Shown: positions 57,636 through 64,000 of the stretch, piece by piece
Layout of the letters: each line of letters begins with the position of its first letter
Position numbering within the stretch: the first letter of the stretch is position 1
Origin: an uncultured Dialister sp.
GTDB lineage: Bacteria; Bacillota; Negativicutes; Veillonellales; Dialisteraceae
Direction of reading: 5' to 3'
Length of the DNA: 64,000 nt
Assembly (NCBI GenBank): GCA_934178345.1
Contig: CAKPQG010000007.1
Span: 9,817 to 73,816, forward strand
The notes under the pieces: generated by a model
Database searches by the model: none
What the model saw: the letters and a program-made list of their open reading frames with translations, nothing else
What the model was told of the DNA's origin: nothing
Position numbers and translations under genes: made by a program

Positions 57636-57953
57636 ATGAACAAAACAGAACTCATCACTGCTGTCGCTCAGGAAGCAGAAATGACCAAGAAAGATGCTGA
57701 AAAAGCAGTCAAGGCTGTCATCGATGTCGTATCCGGTGCTCTTGCCAAAGGCGAAAAAGTCCAGCTGATCGGCTTTGGTACTTTCGAAGTCCGTGAACGT
57801 AAAGCTCGTGAAGGCCATAACCCGTCCACGCAGGAAGTCATCAAGATCCCGGCTTCCAAGACTCCGGCTTTCCGCGTTTCCAAACAGCTGAAAGAAAAAG
57901 TCAATGTAAAACCGGCTAAAAAAACCAGAGCTAAGAAAGCAGCTAAGAAATAA
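57636..57953 (+). CDS. hup: HU-family DNA-binding protein with a Lys/Ala-rich C-terminal tail
   Basis: MNKTELITAVA...GFGTFEVRERKAREGHNP HU core, then KPAKKTRAKKAAKK; AGGAGG RBS. Confidence 0.88.
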   Translation: MNKTELITAVAQEAEMTKKDAEKAVKAVIDVVSGALAKGEKVQLIGFGTFEVRERKAREGHNPSTQEVIKIPASKTPAFRVSKQLKEKVNVKPAKKTRAKKAAKK

Positions 57954-57965
57954 GATGGTACAGGA

Positions 57966-58006
57966 GATCCCCTTGCGGCATGAGCCGTGAGGGGATTTTT
58001 TTGATT
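57966..58006 (+). terminator. intrinsic terminator
   Basis: ATCCCCTTGCGGCATGAGCCGTGAGGGGATTTTTTT. Confidence 0.75.
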
Positions 58007-58043
58007 TAGACTGTGGTTCGAATCAGAGTCACACGACGTTCCT

Positions 58044-58110
58044 AATCCCTGGGGAAACGCTGATTCAGTCGCAGAGGCAGATTTTACAAGAACTTTTATA
58101 CATGATTTCG
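58044..58110. mobile_element. truncated copy (5' half) of the 167-bp MITE-like element
   Basis: GGGGAAACGCTGATTCAGTCGCAGAGGCAGATTTTACAAGAACTTTTATACATGATTTCGTCAT aligns to the left half of copy 60969-61135, then diverges. Confidence 0.5.
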
Positions 58111-58217
58111 TCATGCCCTTTCTTGAATAGCTCGATACGACTTGTACCCCAAGCCCCGCCCATTTGCGCCTTTATGATATAATCGAAAGTGGAAACGTAT
58201 AGAAAGGGAGAAACGAA

Positions 58218-59321
58218 ATGGAGATCGCTCGTAAGTTTTACATCATGACGGCCAGCATCGGGACGGGGCACAGCCAGGCGGCGCGTGCGATCGCGGAAGC
58301 AATCCAGCGCACGCATCCTGCGGACTCGGTGCAGGTGCTCGACTTCGTGTCCAGCAATCTCTTCTCCATCGACCATATCATCAAGGACGGCTATCTCAAA
58401 ATGATCGATGCCTTCCCGGAGATGTATGACCATCTCTACAGTGATTCGCAGAGTAGCCGCTTCGGGCAGCTCTCGCAGAAGATGCTATCCCTTTCCTTTA
58501 AGCGCAGGATGAAGAATCTCATCATGACCACGAAGCCGGACGCGATGATCTTCACGCATCCTTTCCCGGCAGGGGCGGCAGACCTTCTGAAGGCGGAAGG
58601 CTCGATCTCGATCCCGCTGCTCGGCGTGATCACGGATTTCGATATTCACCAGCTCTGGATCGACCGCTATCTTGACGGGTATTGTGTCGCGACGCCGGAT
58701 CTGAAGGACCTACTGGAGACGTATGATATTGATGGCAGCCGCATCCATGTGACAGGTATCCCGGTGCGCCGCGCTTTTTATGAGAAAGCGAAGGAGAGAG
58801 AGCCCTTTGAAAAAGGGACGGTACTCGTCATGGGCGGTGGTCTCGGGCTCGGTAATGTCGTGGATAATATCGCCCGTCTGGATGAAGTGGAAGAAATCTC
58901 GAAATTCATTGTCGTGACCGGGAAGAATATCAGTCTGTACGAAAAAGTGGCTGCTCTTGCCGAGAAGCTAAAGCATCCTGTGGAGCTTCACAGTTATACA
59001 AATAAAGTGGCGGAGATGATGGCAAGGAGCGAGATCCTTGTGACAAAGCCGGGTGCGCTTACGTGCACAGAGGCGATGGTGATGCATCTCCCCATGGTGC
59101 TTGTCAATACGCTGCCCGGGCAGGAGCGTGCGAACGCCATGCATATGAAGAACCTTGGCTGCGCGGAATGGGTGAAGCGGGGGGAACTCGCAGACTCAGT
59201 GCGCGCTATCCTTCGTGATCCGCTCGTTCGGAAGAAAATGGCAGATGCTTGCAGCGTCGCTCCGAGCAGCAGTGCGGATCAGGTGGCGAAGGTATTATAC
59301 GATTTGGCAGGAAAGCAGTGA
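58218..59321 (+). CDS. diacylglycerol glycosyltransferase (MGDG synthase/UgtP-like, GT28 family)
   Basis: N-terminal MTASIGTGHSQAARAIAEA typical of MGDG synthase/UgtP; C-terminal GT-B Rossmann domain. Confidence 0.75.
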   Translation: MEIARKFYIMTASIGTGHSQAARAIAEAIQRTHPADSVQVLDFVSSNLFSIDHIIKDGYLKMIDAFPEMYDHLYSDSQSSRFGQLSQKMLSLSFKRRMKNLIMTTKPDAMIFTHPFPAGAADLLKAEGSISIPLLGVITDFDIHQLWIDRYLDGYCVATPDLKDLLETYDIDGSRIHVTGIPVRRAFYEKAKEREPFEKGTVLVMGGGLGLGNVVDNIARLDEVEEISKFIVVTGKNISLYEKVAALAEKLKHPVELHSYTNKVAEMMARSEILVTKPGALTCTEAMVMHLPMVLVNTLPGQERANAMHMKNLGCAEWVKRGELADSVRAILRDPLVRKKMADACSVAPSSSADQVAKVLYDLAGKQ

Positions 59322-59389
59322 CGGATGACCGGTAGCATTGCCTGCTTTTCTCTGCTTCACTGCTCTCGATTCTGAAAGATGTGATACAC

Positions 59390-60700
59390 ATGGACTCTTT
59401 ATTCGACATGTCCCCGGAGGCGGGGAAGCGGTATGCCCCCTTGGCGGATCGCATGCGCCCCAGGCGGCTTGAAGACATCGTCGGACAGGACGGTGCCGTT
59501 GGACGGCAGTCATTCCTTTATCGCATGATAGAGCGGGATACGATCCCATCTCTTCTTCTTTTTGGCCCGCCAGGATGCGGGAAGACGACGATCGCATCGG
59601 TCATTGCAGAAATGACGAAGAGCTGTTTCGTCAAGGTGAATGCGACCTCGAGCGGGATCAAAGAAATCCGGGATGTGGTTTCCAAGGCGAAAGAGGAGCT
59701 TTCGTATTACCAGCGGCGGACGATCGTTTTCATCGATGAAATCCACCGGTTCAATAAGGGGCAGCAGGATGTGCTTCTGCCTTATGTGGAGGATGGGACA
59801 TTCATCCTCATCGGTGCGACGACGGAGAATCCTTATTTTGAAATCAATGGGCCGCTGCTCTCCCGTCTGCGGCTGATCCATCTGAAGCGACTTACTGATG
59901 AAGCGATCATCTCGGTGCTTCATCGCGCGCTCGATGATGAAAAGAATGGACTGGCCATTCATCGCTATACGGCAAAACCAGAGGCACTCTCTCTCATTGC
60001 TGCCTATGCCTCCGGGGATACGCGCGTCGCGCTGAATCTCTTGGAACAGTCGACATCCATGCTGAGGGATGGAGGCTCTCTGACAGAAAAGGAAATCGGC
60101 GAGGTGGCAGGTGTTCAGATCTCCAGCTATGATAAGCAGGGGGACTATCATTACAATATCGTCTCTGCCTTCATCAAGAGCATGCGAGGGAGTGATCCTG
60201 ATGCAGCGCTGCACTATCTGGCGCGCATGATCGATGGAGGGGAGAAGACGTCTTTCATTTCACGCCGCATCATGATTTGTGCGGCGGAAGATGTAGGCCT
60301 TGCGGATCCGCGAGCGCTGCAGGTGGCGGTATCAGCGGCGCAGGCGGCGGAAATGGTCGGCTTTCCTGAGTCGCAGATCATCCTTGCGGAAGCCGTGCTC
60401 TATATTTGCCTCGCGCCGAAGAGCAACAGCGCCTGCTCTGGCATTTTTGCCGCCGAAGGGGAGGAAAAGACAAGAAAGGACTGGTCCATCCCCGCGCACC
60501 TCATGGACTCGCACTACAGCGGAGCGAAGAAAATGGGGCTTGGCATCGGATATAAGTATCCTCACGATTTCGGTGGATGGGTAGAGCAGCAGTATCTTCC
60601 TGATGAGCTCGTAGGACACCAGTACTACAAGCCCCGCCCGCTCGGGCAGGAAGGCGACATGGTGCGCGCCTGGTGGGCGAGAAGAAAGGGAAGTAAGTGA
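59390..60700 (+). CDS. rarA: replication-associated recombination protein A (RarA/MgsA AAA+ ATPase)
   Basis: GPPGCGKTT Walker A, FIDEIHRFNK Walker B/sensor, MgsA C-terminal domain. Confidence 0.88.
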   Translation: MDSLFDMSPEAGKRYAPLADRMRPRRLEDIVGQDGAVGRQSFLYRMIERDTIPSLLLFGPPGCGKTTIASVIAEMTKSCFVKVNATSSGIKEIRDVVSKAKEELSYYQRRTIVFIDEIHRFNKGQQDVLLPYVEDGTFILIGATTENPYFEINGPLLSRLRLIHLKRLTDEAIISVLHRALDDEKNGLAIHRYTAKPEALSLIAAYASGDTRVALNLLEQSTSMLRDGGSLTEKEIGEVAGVQISSYDKQGDYHYNIVSAFIKSMRGSDPDAALHYLARMIDGGEKTSFISRRIMICAAEDVGLADPRALQVAVSAAQAAEMVGFPESQIILAEAVLYICLAPKSNSACSGIFAAEGEEKTRKDWSIPAHLMDSHYSGAKKMGLGIGYKYPHDFGGWVEQQYLPDELVGHQYYKPRPLGQEGDMVRAWWARRKGSK

Positions 60701-60704
60701 CTGG

Positions 60705-60968
60705 TGACTGGAATGCCAACTCATGGCACCACCATTTCGCATTTCTCATTTCTCATGCAATCGAGGCTTTCAAACGTAATCAAGGGGCGAGCCGCCCCAC
60801 GGACTAAGTTTGAAAGCAGGGACGAGTAGCTAGGGATTAGGGATTGGGGATTAGGAGTGACTGGTGGCTGGTGACTGGGATTTCTCCGGCATCGTCATCC
60901 CGAGCGCAGCCGAGGATCTTTACTGCACTGCGGGAATCAGTGTGTATGCGCCGAGGGAAAAAGATGTC
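60705..60968. repeat. mosaic repeat cluster (left part) containing a palindromic-module copy that is interrupted by a MITE
   Basis: GGTGGTGCCATGA, heptads, CATCGTCATCCCGAGCGCAGCCGAGGATCTTTACTGCACTGCGGGAATCAGTGTGTATGCGCCGAGGGAAAAAGATGTCC up to the MITE insertion point. Confidence 0.8.
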
Positions 60969-61135
60969 CTAGGGAAACGCTGATTAAATCGCAGAGTCGA
61001 ATTTCATATGGATTTTTATACATAGCTTCGTCATCATCTTCCTTAAATAGCTCGCTATTCGCGTCAGATGATTCCTTGCTCTGTATAAAAATCCAAGAAT
61101 GAAATCTGACAACGATTTAATCAGTGTTTCCCTAG
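60969..61135. mobile_element. 167-bp MITE-like element, inverted relative to copy 28916-29082, nested inside a palindromic-module repeat
   Basis: TIRs CTAGGGAAACGCTGATTAAATCG and CGATTTAATCAGTGTTTCCCTAG. The interior is about 95% identical to the reverse complement of the 28916-29082 copy. Flanking sequence continues the interrupted module. Confidence 0.85.
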
Positions 61136-61370
61136 TGCTGCCTCCCATCAGGCGATGACCGTTCTGCAATAAAGACCCTCGGCTACGCTCGAAATGACGA
61201 TGCGCCGCGCGAAGCGCTATCAAAATTCCGCGGCGCTTCTGATTTTTATGCGCCGCACCTTCATTCCTAATTCCTCATTCCTAATTCCTCATTCAAGCAG
61301 AGCTTTCATATACAATCAAGGGACAGCACGTCCCCGGGGCTAACCCTGCACCTGCACCTAATAAAGGAGA
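61136..61370. repeat. mosaic repeat cluster (right part, continuation of the interrupted module)
   Basis: TGCTGCCTCCCATCAGGCGATGACCGTTCTGCAATAAAGACCCTCGGCTACGCTCGAAATGACGATG; GCGCCGCGCGAAGCGCTATCAAAATTCCGCGGCGCTTCTGATTTTTATGCGCCGCACC; (TTCCTAA)n. Confidence 0.8.
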
Positions 61371-61385
61371 CATAACCATTTATCC

Positions 61386-63878
61386 ATGAAAAAGAAGACA
61401 GCAAGCCGGAGACGGACGACGAGAGTGACAAAGAGCGGGGAGAAGAGCTATGAGATCACAGGTGTGATTCTCTTCCTCTTCGGCCTTTTCATTCTCTTTA
61501 GTCTTTTTAGCGACAGTACCGGTTTTTTCGGAGATATTACGAATAAAGGTAGCCATTTCCTCTTCGGATTCGGCGCGCCTTTCTGCGCCCTTTTGATGAT
61601 GTTTTTCGGTGGGCGCTATGCCGTGACATCGAAAGGAATTTCCTGGGACAGGCGCGTTGCGCTGGTCATCCTGCTGGTGCTGCTCCTCTTCATGGCGGTG
61701 CATCATTTTCTGGTCCCTTTTGGAAGAGAAATGGATATCCAGTCGATCCTCACCTATGGCGGGATCGTCGGGGCGGGATTCTGCGTCTTTTTCCATGACG
61801 CGATGGGATACTGGGGGACGACGCTGGTGCTCCTCGGGGCCATCGTGATCGATGTGCTTCTGCTGACGCACTGGTCACTCTCCAAGGGCGCGCAGAAAGT
61901 GGGCTCGAAGGCGCAGGTGCTCGGAAAGAAAACAGGCGAGAAGATCGAAGCCGCAGCCATGCGGCTCAGGGAAAAGAAAGCGGCGCTGGATGCTGCCAGA
62001 AGTGCTGCTCGGCTGGAAGTACTTGATGATAAGCCGACGGAGTTCATTTACAAGAAGAATGAAGAAAATGCGGTAGAACTGATGGAAGAGGAGCCTCCGG
62101 CAGAAGATATGGCGGTCCCTGCGCAGATGCCGGATGCGGAAGAGCCACCGATTTCCGTAGAAGAGCCTATCGAAGAAATCCCTCCGGAAGCGGACGAAGA
62201 AGCGCAGGAAGAGCCGCTGATGCCGGAGGAGCCGGTCGAAGAGATCGAAGAACCACCGATGCCACCGCTACCGGAAACGGAGGAGGAAGCGGCAGAAGAA
62301 CCACTGGAAGAACCGGTAGAAGAGATGCCCGGGGAAGAGAAGCCGGAGGAGGACATTCATCCGATACCGGTAGCGCCCGTCTCAGCAGACCCGGCGCATC
62401 CGGCACCTGCGGCTGAAGAAGGGCCGGTGTACCAGTTTCCTCCGCTGTCGCTTCTTCATGCGGGAACAAATGCAGGGCAGGGAGAGGCCGATGCAGGACA
62501 GAAGGCGGCGCTCATCGAGTCGACGCTTGCCAGCTTCGGGGTCCGGGCGAAGGTCGTTCACTACAGCGTGGGGCCGACGGTGACGCGTTTCGAACTCAAG
62601 CCGGAAATGGGCGTCCGCGTGAGCAAGATCGAAGGGCTTTCGAATGAGCTCGCCATGGCTCTTGAGGCGACACATATCCGCATCGAAGCCCCGATCCCGG
62701 GGAAATCTGCGGTCGGCATCGAGATCCCGAATACGAAGGCGGCGTCTGTGCCGCTTCATGATGTGCTTGCCAGCGATGCCTTTCAGCATGGCAAGGGCCA
62801 TATCCTTGTGGCTCTGGGGAAGGGCATCACCGGGAAGACCGTTGTGACCGATCTGGCGAAGGCGCCGCATCTTCTGATCGCAGGCTCGACCGGCAGCGGC
62901 AAGAGCGTGTGCATCAATTCCATCATCACGAGCATCATTTACCATAGCCGCCCTGACGAAGTGAAGCTCATGCTCATCGATCCAAAGGTGGTCGAGCTCT
63001 CTGTCTATAACGGCATCCCGCATCTGCGCACGGAAGTCGTGACCGATATGAAGAAGGCGCAGGGGACGCTGAATTGGGCTGTCCGTGAAATGGAAGCCCG
63101 TTACCAGCTCTTTGCCGGGGCGAAGGTGCGAAATATCGAAGGGTATAATAAGATGTACCCTGATAAAAAGATGCCCTATATTTTACTGATCGTCGATGAA
63201 TTTGCCGACCTCATGAATGTCGCGGCCAAAGAAGTCGAAGTCCTGATCCAGCGTCTGACGCAGAAGGCGCGTGCCGCCGGCATCCATCTGATCCTTGCGA
63301 CACAGAGACCGTCAGCCGATGTCATCACCGGCGTCATCAAATCCAACATTCCGAGCCGTATCGCCTTCATGGTCGAGTCGGGGCTCAATTCCCGCATCAT
63401 TCTCGATGAGGGAGGGGCAGAATCTCTGCTCGGCAAGGGCGATATGCTCTTCAAGCAGGCAGGAGCGCTCAGTACTGTCCGTATTCAGGGGGCGTTCATC
63501 TCGGACGAAGAGGTCGAGGATGTGGTGAACTATGTCAGGGCAGAGTGCATCCGTCAGGAAAGCCATGTCGTCTATGAGCCGATCGATCTTTCTATCCCGG
63601 AAAAAACAGAGAAAGAGGAGGAAATGGTCGAAGAGCAGGATGATCTCATGCCGGAGGCTTCGGAATGGGTGCTCGATACGAAGCGCGCTTCTGTCTCCGC
63701 TCTACAGCGCCGATTCCGCATCGGTTATACCCGGGCCGGCCGTCTCATGGATACCATGGAACGCCTCGGCATCGTCGGCCCCGCAGAAGGGGCAAAGCCA
63801 AGAGATATTCTGGTCAATAAGGAGCAGCTGGCCGGTATTTTGGCTGGTGGAAAGAATGAGGAGAATGGTGACGAGTGA
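61386..63878 (+). CDS. ftsK: DNA translocase FtsK/SpoIIIE
   Basis: N-terminal 4-TM domain, Pro/Glu-rich linker, motor domain (GSTGSGKS Walker A), C-terminal gamma winged-helix domain. Confidence 0.9.
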   Translation: MKKKTASRRRTTRVTKSGEKSYEITGVILFLFGLFILFSLFSDSTGFFGDITNKGSHFLFGFGAPFCALLMMFFGGRYAVTSKGISWDRRVALVILLVLLLFMAVHHFLVPFGREMDIQSILTYGGIVGAGFCVFFHDAMGYWGTTLVLLGAIVIDVLLLTHWSLSKGAQKVGSKAQVLGKKTGEKIEAAAMRLREKKAALDAARSAARLEVLDDKPTEFIYKKNEENAVELMEEEPPAEDMAVPAQMPDAEEPPISVEEPIEEIPPEADEEAQEEPLMPEEPVEEIEEPPMPPLPETEEEAAEEPLEEPVEEMPGEEKPEEDIHPIPVAPVSADPAHPAPAAEEGPVYQFPPLSLLHAGTNAGQGEADAGQKAALIESTLASFGVRAKVVHYSVGPTVTRFELKPEMGVRVSKIEGLSNELAMALEATHIRIEAPIPGKSAVGIEIPNTKAASVPLHDVLASDAFQHGKGHILVALGKGITGKTVVTDLAKAPHLLIAGSTGSGKSVCINSIITSIIYHSRPDEVKLMLIDPKVVELSVYNGIPHLRTEVVTDMKKAQGTLNWAVREMEARYQLFAGAKVRNIEGYNKMYPDKKMPYILLIVDEFADLMNVAAKEVEVLIQRLTQKARAAGIHLILATQRPSADVITGVIKSNIPSRIAFMVESGLNSRIILDEGGAESLLGKGDMLFKQAGALSTVRIQGAFISDEEVEDVVNYVRAECIRQESHVVYEPIDLSIPEKTEKEEEMVEEQDDLMPEASEWVLDTKRASVSALQRRFRIGYTRAGRLMDTMERLGIVGPAEGAKPRDILVNKEQLAGILAGGKNEENGDE

Positions 63879-63879
63879 C

Positions 63880-64000
63880 TGCTGGCTGGCAGCGTTTCCC
63901 CAGAGATTAGGAGCGCTCGGTCACGGGTGATTTGAGACTGGCATGCCACTCTCGGGTATTGCCATATTATATTTGTGGTGAAGCCGCCGCCACTATTTTT
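63880..64000. repeat. start of another repeat cluster, truncated by the window end
   Basis: GGTGAAGCCGCCGCCAC box. Confidence 0.5.

Overview
The window is a 64-kb chromosomal segment with about 55% GC, probably from a Firmicutes organism, possibly a diderm Negativicutes member. It carries conserved housekeeping genes interrupted at almost every intergenic space by an unusually dense, modular repeat system. Housekeeping content includes an ABC-F ATPase, typA, panC, the ylxM-ffh-rpsP-KH-ylqD-rimM-trmD cluster, yebC, pyruvate carboxylase, pstSCAB with a PhoP/PhoR-like two-component pair, infC-rpmI-rplT, mazG, hup, rarA and ftsK. Accessory content includes a methyltransferase coupled to a five-gene Opp/Nik-type ABC importer, and a His-rich CsoR/InrS-like metal repressor divergent from an Fe-alcohol dehydrogenase, a tRNA-Leu and rubredoxin. 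It also includes an MscL with a C-terminal zinc ribbon, a candidate T-box leader in front of a DAACS-family transporter, and a URO-D-family protein. A polytopic membrane protein sits next to a 955-aa UvrD-helicase/PD-(D/E)xK-nuclease fusion. Two tandem 250-aa paralogues carry a Flp-type (class III, G-x4-EY) prepilin leader attached to a large uncharacterised C-terminal domain. The most striking aspect is the repeat landscape. About 20 intergenic clusters are built from recurring modules: heptamer microsatellites (GGTTCAG, TAGGGAT, GTGACYA, AATTCCT/GAGGAGT); unique boxes such as TTTTATGCGCCGCACCACC and GCGCCGCGGAG; and a roughly 210-bp palindromic CGTCATTTCGAGCGTAGCCGAG module. A second element class is a MITE-like family with about 22-bp terminal inverted repeats (TAGGGAAACRCTGATTAAATCG) present as 167-bp and about 45-bp forms, one copy nested inside another repeat. 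No transposase, CRISPR array or prophage is visible. The most novel candidates are the Flp-leader fusion paralogues, the MITE and mosaic repeat system, and the repeat-bracketed helicase-nuclease locus.
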